From NCBI GenBank assembly GCA_031381685.1, contig JANMYF010000187.1, positions 1 to 62,074 of the forward strand: a stretch of 62,074 nt of DNA. Reading direction: 5' to 3'. This stretch comes from Acidimicrobiia bacterium. GTDB lineage: Bacteria > Actinomycetota > Acidimicrobiia > Acidimicrobiales > JANYDT01. The notes beneath the pieces are model-generated. The model was not told the DNA's origin. It searched no databases and worked only from the letters and a program-made list of their open reading frames with translations. Below, one piece after another: positions 18,222-25,485 of this stretch; position 1 is the first letter of the stretch; each line of letters opens with the position of its first letter. Both the position numbers and the translations under genes were made by a program.

Positions 18222-19081
18222 GCCTCGCTTCGTTCCTCGCCGCGGTCGACCTTCTCGAACCGCTTTCGTACGGGTTCTTCCGCCGTGGCCTCACCGTGGC
18301 CGTGCTCGCCGGGGCCCTCTGCGGACTCGTCGGCGTCTACGTCGTCCTCCGGTCTCTCAGCTACATCGGCCACGGGCTCTCGCATGCAGTGTTCGGCGGT
18401 GCTGCTGCCGCGGCCGTGGCGAACGTCAACTACTTCCTCGGCGCCGGCGCATGGGGCATCGCGTCAGGTCTCATGATCGGACGCGTGACCCGGCGAAAGC
18501 TGCTCTCGGCCGATGCGGCGATCGGCATCGTCACGACCGCTTCGTTCGCGGCCGGCATCGTGCTGTTCAACAAGTTCGGACAGGCACGGCGCAGTATCGA
18601 TGCGGTGCTCTTCGGCGACATCCTCGGTGTTGCGCGCAGCGACGTGTTCGCGGTCGTCGGCGTCGGTCTCGCTGTGCTCGCCGTGGTGCTCGGAGCGTAC
18701 CGACCGCTGCTCTATGCAACGTTCGACTCCGAAGTCGCGCGCGTGACGGGGGGACGTCCGGACCTCCTCGACGCCGTACTCATGGTGATGTTGTCCCTCA
18801 CCGTGCTTGTCACGATGCGCGTCATCGGCGTGTTGTTGATCTCGGCGCTCCTCGTTCTTCCGGCGTCCACAGCGCGCATGCTCACCGATTCCTTCGCCCG
18901 AATGCTGGTCATCGCCCCGATACTCGGCGCGCTTACTTCCTTGATCGGGATGAACCTGAGCTATCACGTCAACACCTCGCCCGGTGCCACCGTCATCCTC
19001 ATCAATGCCTTCGTGTTCCTCGTGGTGTTCTTGAGCACCGGGCGGGCCGGCCGGCGTCGCGTAGCCCACGTCCACGTCTGA
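18218..19081 (+). CDS. metal ABC transporter permease (ABC-3 family, ZnuB/MntC-like)
   Basis: Polytopic hydrophobic protein. Overlaps the ATPase stop (ATGA). Typical motif SLSYIGHGLSHAVFGGAA. Confidence 0.88.
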   Translation: MSLASFLAAVDLLEPLSYGFFRRGLTVAVLAGALCGLVGVYVVLRSLSYIGHGLSHAVFGGAAAAAVANVNYFLGAGAWGIASGLMIGRVTRRKLLSADAAIGIVTTASFAAGIVLFNKFGQARRSIDAVLFGDILGVARSDVFAVVGVGLAVLAVVLGAYRPLLYATFDSEVARVTGGRPDLLDAVLMVMLSLTVLVTMRVIGVLLISALLVLPASTARMLTDSFARMLVIAPILGALTSLIGMNLSYHVNTSPGATVILINAFVFLVVFLSTGRAGRRRVAHVHV

Positions 19082-19113
19082 TCACGCCCGTCCCGCGGCC
19101 GTCGCACGCGCGC

Positions 19114-19180
19114 GGCCAAACACCTCCCAGCGACGTTCGGAGGTGTTTGGCCCCCATATATGGGGGCAACCTCTCTCCCC
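19114..19180. repeat. structured intergenic repeat, copy B
   Basis: GGCCAAACACCTCC-CAGCGACGTTC-GGAGGTGTTTGGCC-CCCATATATGGGGG-CAACCTCTCTCCCC. Lies between convergent stops (19081 plus strand, 19185 minus strand). Confidence 0.85.
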
Positions 19181-19184
19181 AGTG

Positions 19185-20462
19185 CTACGTGAGGAGCCAT
19201 TCGGGGCCGGCGGGGGTGTCGCGGACTTCGATGCCGGCGGTGGTGAGGCGGTCGCGGATGAGGTCCGACAGGTCGTAGCGCTTGTCCTTGCGCACTTCGC
19301 CGCGAAGCTCGAGCAGGGTCTCGACGAACGGCGCGACCCGCTCGCGCGGATCGGCCAGCCCTTCGCTCGCCGCTTCGCCGATACGGCTGATCATCGAACG
19401 CATCATCCGCCGCGCCTCGTCGGCTTCCTCGGACTGCAGGGTGTCGGCCGACCATGCGTGGATCGCCCCTTCGAGGTCCAGAGCGGCGCGGACGGCACCA
19501 TCACCGTTGCCCTCCGCGAGGGCTTCGGCGAAGGCCGCGCCGAGTCGCTCCGTGGTGGCGCCGAGGGATGCCGCGTCGGCCGCTGTTTCAGTCCCGGCAG
19601 CGGCCGGCTCGGCGATGGCCTGAGCTGTGAGTGGGTGCGCGCCGGCGTGTGTGCCGGCGGCACCGGGGAAGCGCAACGCGTCGATGGGAACAACGCTTCC
19701 GGCCGGGTAGGTCACCGTCGCGCCGTCATGGCGCACGGACAACACGCCGCGACCGACCACCGCCGCAGTGTCGGCGTCGAGATCGAGAATGACCGCGGTG
19801 TGCTCGTCGATGCCAAGCACGTGATGTCCCGTCGGCAACGCCGCCTCGAGTATCCGAAGCCGACGTTCGCCGAGGTAGCAGAACCGCGTGTCGTGATGTC
19901 CGCCTTCGGCGTTGTCGTAATGGGGAATGAGCGCGACCGGAATCCCGATGGAACCGAGCACGTCGAGACCGTCGAGCCAGTGCGGTTCTTCTCCGGCTTT
20001 GTAGATCTCGTACACGGGAACGGTGACGCGCCCGAGCGTGAGGGCTGCCGCGGAGGCGAAGGTGACCGCTCCCCCGGTCCGCAGCTTGTCGGCCAGGATC
20101 GAATGCAGCGGTGACCCCGTCCACTGGTGAAGTGCATACGTCGGCGAACCTGGCCCGGCGAACACGTACGTGGAGGTTCGCAGCAGGTTGAAGCCGCGTT
20201 CGAGGGCCACCGGATCGCCGCCGACGATGCGGGTCAGTCCGGCGACGCTGAGCTCGGTGACCACCGATTCGGCGAAGTACTGCACGGCCTTCTGGGCCAG
20301 CTCCGATGCGTTCTCCTGGAAGCCGTACGGTGTGTCGAGCAGCGCGGCCCGGGCGGCGTTGCCGAGACGCCCGACGACTTCGCGGTGGACCTTCACCATC
20401 GTGGGCGCGGTCTCACCGGAACCCATCAGCGTGAGGATCCGGGGAAGGGGAGTAGTCGTCAT
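19185..20462 (-). CDS. uncharacterised protein; the C-terminal ~45 aa resemble the C-terminal extension of cysteinyl-tRNA synthetase/MshC
   Basis: ATG at 20462 (cat at 20460-20462) inside track ORF 19185..20915. N-terminus MTTTPLPRILTLMGSGETAP...FAGPGSPTYA shows a weak GATase1/S51-like flavour (uncertain). The C-terminus LRGEVRKDKRYDLSDLIRDRLTTAGIEVRDTPAGPEWLL looks like a CysRS tail. Confidence 0.75.
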   Translation of the reverse strand: MTTTPLPRILTLMGSGETAPTMVKVHREVVGRLGNAARAALLDTPYGFQENASELAQKAVQYFAESVVTELSVAGLTRIVGGDPVALERGFNLLRTSTYVFAGPGSPTYALHQWTGSPLHSILADKLRTGGAVTFASAAALTLGRVTVPVYEIYKAGEEPHWLDGLDVLGSIGIPVALIPHYDNAEGGHHDTRFCYLGERRLRILEAALPTGHHVLGIDEHTAVILDLDADTAAVVGRGVLSVRHDGATVTYPAGSVVPIDALRFPGAAGTHAGAHPLTAQAIAEPAAAGTETAADAASLGATTERLGAAFAEALAEGNGDGAVRAALDLEGAIHAWSADTLQSEEADEARRMMRSMISRIGEAASEGLADPRERVAPFVETLLELRGEVRKDKRYDLSDLIRDRLTTAGIEVRDTPAGPEWLLT

Positions 20463-21427
20463 CGGGGTGTCGAGCCGTTTTCTGGTGAGTGAACCGGGTG
20501 TGCCGGTGGTGAAGCCGTGTTCGGATCCGGGCGCGGCGGATCGGCGTGCGTCTTCTCGTGCAGCCGGATCAGCGAGTCGGCGGTCCGCTCCGGATGTTGG
20601 GCATGGAGGTCGTGGTCGGCGTCGGCGAACCACTCGATGTCGACGGGAATGGGGCTGGCGTCCGCGCACTCCGCCGCACCGACCGCCTTGTCGTGGCTCC
20701 AATCGGCGGCACTGTCGGCGAGAAGGAGCGCGGCGGGGACCGCGAGCCGGGCGAAGCTGGCGACCGGATCGTGTTCCCAGAGCGCGCGCAGGATCGCGAG
20801 ATGGCGGTCGCGGCTGAGCCACGCGGCGATCGTGCCGTCGTGTCGCACCTCGAAGTTCGCCAGCGACCCCTCGATCCCGCTCTCCGGCCAGTCCGGATGC
20901 GCGCTCGTCATCCACGCCCGGATGCGTTCGACGGGCGTTCCGGCGAGGTCGGGTGGCGCGAGTCGTGACTCGCAGTCGGCCCAGTCGGGGAATCGTTCGG
21001 CGAGCTTGATGACACCGCCGTCGATCGCGGCAACGGCCCGGACGCGGCCGGGGTGGTTCGCGGCGATCTCCACGACCACGTTGCCTCCCCAGGACTGTCC
21101 GACGATCGTCGGCCGGCGTTCGTCCACCAGCCCCTCATCCTCGAGGACTTGCAGGACGTCGGCGGAGACCGCGTCGAAGCCGTACCCCGGATCTTCGTGT
21201 CCTTCTCCTTGCACCGGCGGCTTCGGAGACCGACCGTGTCCGCGTAGGTCGACGGCGATCGACGCGTATCCGCGTGCGGCGAGGGCTGTTCCGACGCCGT
21301 CCCACATGCGGGCGTTCGACGCGAGTCCATGGATCAGAACGAACTCCGGCGTGCCGTCGTTGGGTGAGGTCGTCGAGCGACGCGACGCTCCGGCGTGCGA
21401 ATGGCGGACGACGGCGAGGCGGACCAT
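20459..21427 (-). CDS. alpha/beta hydrolase fold protein
   Basis: FVLIHGLASNARMW, nucleophile elbow VGQSWGG, C-terminal DADHDLH. Stop overlaps the downstream gene's start (ATGA). Confidence 0.85.
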   Translation of the reverse strand: MVRLAVVRHSHAGASRRSTTSPNDGTPEFVLIHGLASNARMWDGVGTALAARGYASIAVDLRGHGRSPKPPVQGEGHEDPGYGFDAVSADVLQVLEDEGLVDERRPTIVGQSWGGNVVVEIAANHPGRVRAVAAIDGGVIKLAERFPDWADCESRLAPPDLAGTPVERIRAWMTSAHPDWPESGIEGSLANFEVRHDGTIAAWLSRDRHLAILRALWEHDPVASFARLAVPAALLLADSAADWSHDKAVGAAECADASPIPVDIEWFADADHDLHAQHPERTADSLIRLHEKTHADPPRPDPNTASPPAHPVHSPENGSTPR

Positions 21428-21489
21428 GGATGTTCGAGGCTACGGCCAGTCGGAGCGCTACGGATTTCTCCGGGGACCTGGCGGTCAGC

Positions 21490-22023
21490 TCACCGCAGCG
21501 GCCGGGCGGCCCAATCGACTCGTCCGGAGCGGACGGCGGTGGACGAGACCTCGGCCAGTACCGGGTCTCCGAGTTCGAGCACGGTCATCGCTTCCCTTGC
21601 TGCGACGAGCGGCGTATGCGGCGGCCGGGGGACGAGGGCTACGTGGGGAAGCGATGCGACTGCGACATCACGGGTCTGCTCGTCGGCGTACCAACTCGGG
21701 TCGAGCACCTGGGCCCATTTGTCGGCTCCGACGACGACGACGTCGTAGCCCTGGGCGATCTCCGCGATGAACCTTGTCGAGGTGACCTCGACGACGAAGC
21801 GCTGATCGTCGACGAGCGTTCGCAACAGGAGGGCTCGCTCCTCGACGGTGTCCGAGCGGTCCTCCTTGCCGAGCGCCGCGCGCGAAAGCACGAACGTGAG
21901 CGAATCACAGCCGCATTGCTCGAGTGTGGCGACGGCGATGGCGAGATGGGCGATCGTCGGCGGATCGAAGCTTCCGGGGTACACGGCCCGCCGAGCACGT
22001 GGGCCGAGCTCGGCGCTCATCAC
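21490..22023 (-). CDS. cytidylyltransferase-family nucleotidyltransferase (CoaD/NadD-like)
   Basis: RRAVYPGSFDPPTIAHL resembles the (T/H)xGH nucleotide-binding motif of CoaD/NadD with a G-to-A change. Length 177 aa. Start overlaps the pgl stop. Confidence 0.65.
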   Translation of the reverse strand: MMSAELGPRARRAVYPGSFDPPTIAHLAIAVATLEQCGCDSLTFVLSRAALGKEDRSDTVEERALLLRTLVDDQRFVVEVTSTRFIAEIAQGYDVVVVGADKWAQVLDPSWYADEQTRDVAVASLPHVALVPRPPHTPLVAAREAMTVLELGDPVLAEVSSTAVRSGRVDWAARPLR

Positions 22024-22769
22024 CCCGGTCGGCCGGTCACGAGGGCTGCCGCGTCGCGGTCGGCGAAGACGATCTGATCCGGCGCGTCGACGAGACCCGC
22101 TGGAATGGTCCGGTCTCCGACCATGAGCCGGCGGAGGGGCTCGGCCTTGGCCGCTCCGGTCACGAGCCAGACCACCAGATGGACGCGATCGAGCGTCGCC
22201 CGGGTGAGCGTGATCCGTCGACTGCCCCGATACACGCCGGTCAGCGCGACCGGCGCATCGGTGACGTCGAGCACTGCGTCGCCCGGGACCAGAGATGCGG
22301 TATGGCCGTCGTCGCCGAGTCCGAGCACGGCGACATCGAGGCCATGCGGGGTGGTCCGCTCCAGGGATTGCGCGTAGAGCGACGACGGGTCGGTGGTGGT
22401 CACCGGCATGAGGTGACGATGCGGCGGGCCAACGCGCGTCGGATCGAGAAGAAGGGTGATGAGGTCGTTCGCGTTGCGGCGGGCGTCGCCGTCGGGGGCG
22501 ATGCGCTCGTCGACCTGGAAGACGTGGGTACGGGCCCAGCCGGCGGCCGTTTCGGGGTCGGCCAAGATCTGCTGTGCGAGGGCCCGGAACATCGTCGCCG
22601 GCGTCGTCCCGCCCGAGAATGCGATCGACATCGGCGGACTTGCCGGGTCAGCAGCGCGCCGGATCCAACGGGCGATCTCGTCGGCGCACGCCTGGGCGGT
22701 GGCGGCCGGTGTGGGGCCGATGTGGAGGTGGCGGCGAGGTCCGAGTGGAGGTGTCGAGGAGGGCGGCAT
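22020..22769 (-). CDS. pgl: 6-phosphogluconolactonase (glucosamine-6-P isomerase/Pgl family)
   Basis: ATG 22769 inside track ORF 22020..22862. Motifs: IAFSGGTTP, VFQVDERI, LGLGDDGHTASL. Confidence 0.82.
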   Translation of the reverse strand: MPPSSTPPLGPRRHLHIGPTPAATAQACADEIARWIRRAADPASPPMSIAFSGGTTPATMFRALAQQILADPETAAGWARTHVFQVDERIAPDGDARRNANDLITLLLDPTRVGPPHRHLMPVTTTDPSSLYAQSLERTTPHGLDVAVLGLGDDGHTASLVPGDAVLDVTDAPVALTGVYRGSRRITLTRATLDRVHLVVWLVTGAAKAEPLRRLMVGDRTIPAGLVDAPDQIVFADRDAAALVTGRPG

Positions 22770-22870
22770 GGGTTCGTGGTTCGCGTGGGCAGGTGAAAAG
22801 ACGGGCGTTTTCGCTGGTCGGACGAAAAGGGCGGAAGAAAGTTGCTGAATGCGCGTCACCAAACGTGCGC

Positions 22871-22920
22871 CGCTGTGGAGTCAGGTGGTAGGTTCTGGAG
22901 CTATGGGGAGGCAGGTGGAG
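22871..22920 (+). promoter_or_regulatory. array of five phased decamers ending in GTGGAG-like hexamers; candidate MraZ operator
   Basis: cgctGTGGAG tcagGTGGTA ggttCTGGAG ctatGGGGAG gcagGTGGAG, with an exact 10-bp period. Lies 127-176 nt upstream of the mraZ ATG, in the divergent pgl/mraZ intergenic region. Confidence 0.5.
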
Positions 22921-23046
22921 GACATACGCGTAGCTCGCGCCGCGAACGCTCCGTCCACCGGTGCCGATTCGCTCGTGGTGGTGGCGGTTCAGCCGGCGAT
23001 CGCTGTTCCTTTCCGTGCTCCGTTCGGGATCGTGGGGGCCTAGACC

Positions 23047-23469
23047 ATGTTGGCAGGCTCCGCCCGCGTCAAGCTCGATGACAAGTGGCGGTTCGTCCTC
23101 CCGGTGAAGTTCCGCGCCGACGCCGGCGCCGTGATGCACTTCGCCAAGGGCGACCAGGGGCAGCTTCAGCTGCTCACTGCCGAGGCCTACCAGGTCGAGG
23201 TCGACCGCCATCTCGCCGCCTTCGCCGAAGGTCGTGACCCCGATCGGTGGGCGATGCGCATGTTCATGGAGACCGTGGAGTCCGTCGATCTGGACAGCCA
23301 GTCCCGCGTGCCGGTGATCGATCGTCTCCGTGCCTACGCCTCGCTGCGTGACCGCGGCGAGCTCCAACTGATCGGAATGTTCGACCGTCTCGAGGTCTGG
23401 GACCTCGAAACGTACGAACGCCGCCGCGCCGAAGTGCGGGGAGAAGGCGCCACCCATGGTGCAGCGTGA
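23047..23469 (+). CDS. mraZ: division/cell wall cluster transcriptional regulator MraZ
   Basis: Two SpoVT-AbrB-like halves with DxxxR motifs (LDDKWRFVLP and LDSQSRVPVI). First gene of the dcw cluster. Confidence 0.92.
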   Translation: MLAGSARVKLDDKWRFVLPVKFRADAGAVMHFAKGDQGQLQLLTAEAYQVEVDRHLAAFAEGRDPDRWAMRMFMETVESVDLDSQSRVPVIDRLRAYASLRDRGELQLIGMFDRLEVWDLETYERRRAEVRGEGATHGAA

Positions 23470-24589
23470 CGACACCGATGACCTGGTGCAGCGTGACGAC
23501 ACCGATGACATGGGGGACAGTGACGATGCCGCTGGCTTCTCCCACGTTCCGGTCCTGCGTGACGAGACCGTCGAATGGATCCGTCCCGTGCCTCCGGGAC
23601 TCTTCGTCGACCTTACGCTCGGAGGAGCCGGACACGCCCGAGCCGTGCTCGACGCGTGTCCGCATCTGCAACTCCTCGGGCTCGATCAGGATCCGGTCGC
23701 TGTGGCGGCCGCATCCCAACGGCTCGCCCCGTACGGCTCTCGCGCCCGCGTCGTCCACATCCGGTCGGACCGGCTTGCCGACGCCCTCGCGGGTGACCCC
23801 CGAGCTCGAGGGGGGATGCCGGTGACCGCCATCCTCGCTGACCTCGGGGTGTCGTCCGTGCAGTTCGACGAGGGCGAGCGCGGCTTTTCGTACCGCTCCG
23901 ATGCGCCGCTCGACATGCGCATGGACACGAGCACCGGGAGAACCGCCGCCGAGTTCGTGAACGAAGCATCGTTCGTAGAAATCGCCGACGCGCTGCGCAT
24001 CTATGGCGACGAGCGCTTCGCCGGTCGCATTGCCAAGGCGATCCTGGCGAACCGTCCCATCCAGACGACGGGCCAGCTCAGCACGATCGTGACCAACGCG
24101 ATCCCGGCGGCCACCCGTCGCACCGGCGGGCACCCGGCCAAGCGGACATTTCAGGCGCTGCGCATCGTGGTCAACGACGAACTCGACGTGCTGACAGCGA
24201 TGACCACGGCCGGGCTCGATGCGCTCGCGCCCGGCGGACGCTTCGTCGTGCTGTCGTATCACTCGGGCGAGGACCGCATCGTCAAGGAACTCTTTCGAAC
24301 CGCCGAATCCGGCGGATGCTCGTGCCCTTCCGGACTGCCGTGCGTTTGCGGCGCCCTTCCCCGAGGCCGGACGGTGCGAAGAGGGGTCACCCGACCCCAG
24401 GCAGCGGAAATCGCTGCCAACCCGCGAGCTGCCAGTGCGGTGGCGCGCGTGTTCGAAATGGCCGTTCCGGGAGCAGCCGCTCCCGGAACGCCGTCTCCGA
24501 ACGAACCCCGGTCAGCGACTCGACCGGTTCCTCCGTCCGACGTTCGCCCCGAGAAGCTCGGCGGGTCGGACACTTCTTCACGCACCTGA
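23456..24589 (+). CDS. rsmH: 16S rRNA (cytosine1402-N4)-methyltransferase RsmH (MraW)
   Basis: HVPVL, DLTLGGAGHA, LSYHSGEDRIVK. The start is either ATG 23456 (overlapping the mraZ end) or ATG 23509 just after the tandem duplication. Confidence 0.9.
   Translation: MVQRDDTDDLVQRDDTDDMGDSDDAAGFSHVPVLRDETVEWIRPVPPGLFVDLTLGGAGHARAVLDACPHLQLLGLDQDPVAVAAASQRLAPYGSRARVVHIRSDRLADALAGDPRARGGMPVTAILADLGVSSVQFDEGERGFSYRSDAPLDMRMDTSTGRTAAEFVNEASFVEIADALRIYGDERFAGRIAKAILANRPIQTTGQLSTIVTNAIPAATRRTGGHPAKRTFQALRIVVNDELDVLTAMTTAGLDALAPGGRFVVLSYHSGEDRIVKELFRTAESGGCSCPSGLPCVCGALPRGRTVRRGVTRPQAAEIAANPRAASAVARVFEMAVPGAAAPGTPSPNEPRSATRPVPPSDVRPEKLGGSDTSSRT
23458..23511 (+). repeat. 27-bp tandem duplication (2 copies, 26/27 identical) across the mraZ stop / rsmH 5' end
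   Basis: ggtgcagcgtgacgacaccgatgacct followed by ggtgcagcgtgacgacaccgatgacat. Encodes VQRDDTDD twice in the rsmH frame. Confidence 0.95.
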
Positions 24590-24996
24590 GGTCGTCTGTG
24601 TCTTCTTTGCTCGCCTCTCGACGTCTGCGCTCTCCTGCCGAGGCCTTTGCGCTTTCGCAACGGCCGCTTCCGGCCGGACTTCATCCGAGCGCCCGGAGAG
24701 ACGCCGCCCCGACGCCCTCTCCGTTCGTCGCGTCCAGCCGGTCCCCCAGGCGCTCCCCGGGCGGAGGCGTGCAGACGTCCGCCGGCCCGAACGGGCGCCC
24801 GCAGTCGTGGCATCCCGAACGGACGGCTCCTGCGGCCCGTCCGCCACGTTCGTCGCCGTCGACGGCGTCTGCGGTGACGAACCGGCCGGCCGCCCGTCCG
24901 ATCGTCGCCACGTCGGCAGGGCGCACCGGCGGACCGGCCGCACGCGCCGCCGCGGCCCACCCGGCGGGACGCGGCGCCGGGCGGGCGAACCCGACC

Positions 24997-25485
24997 ATGG
25001 GAGCGACCGCACTTCTCGGCGATGCCGCGCCGGAGCCCGACCATCACAACGCCGAGCCGCGTCGCGTTCTCGGCCGGCCGAGTGCGCTGCGCGCCGTTCC
25101 GGCTGCCCGGGCAACGGTGGGTCGGCCCGCTCGGGCGGTCCGCTCGACCCGCTGGAAGCGGCGGATCCGCACGCTCCTTGCCGGAATGCTTCTCTTCGGG
25201 GTCGTCCTCATCGCGTTCGCCGCAATCGCCATGCATTCGCAGCTGGCGAGCCGCCAGCTTCGTCTCAACGTCCTCCGGACGGACGTCGACGCCGCAGAGC
25301 GCGAGCATCAGCGGCTTCGGCTGACGGTCGCCGAACTCGACACTCCCGAGCAGGTCGTCTCGAGCGCGTACAGCCTCGGCCTCGTCGGCGCCGCCGAGGT
25401 GGAGTTCCTTCCCACCGCGTCCACGATGGAGCCGCCGACCCGAACCGCAGGCCCGACCGTTCCGGATCTGGCCGGAGGGCGCTGA
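24997..25485 (+). CDS. ftsL: FtsL-like cell division protein (single TM + coiled coil)
   Basis: Frame of track ORF 24316..25485. Basic flank RWKRRIR, TM segment TLLAGMLLFGVVLIAFAAIAM, then a Leu-rich helix QLASRQLRLNVLRTDVDAAEREHQRLRLTVAEL. ATG 24997 chosen. High GC3 upstream in the same frame suggests the N-terminus may extend, possibly to GTG 24598. Confidence 0.65.
   Translation: MGATALLGDAAPEPDHHNAEPRRVLGRPSALRAVPAARATVGRPARAVRSTRWKRRIRTLLAGMLLFGVVLIAFAAIAMHSQLASRQLRLNVLRTDVDAAEREHQRLRLTVAELDTPEQVVSSAYSLGLVGAAEVEFLPTASTMEPPTRTAGPTVPDLAGGR

Noticed and set aside
7362-19180. The two direct copies of the structured repeat as boundaries (att-like) of a mobile or genomic island
   Set aside because: The enclosed genes are core housekeeping (ruvCAB, queA, metal importer). 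There is no integrase, transposase or tRNA. The repeat has hairpin character with compensatory changes rather than being a simple duplicated target site.
18082-19278. 398-aa plus-strand R-rich ORF overlapping the ABC permease
   Set aside because: It is out of frame relative to a clean ABC-3 permease, with composition typical of off-frame translation of GC-rich DNA.
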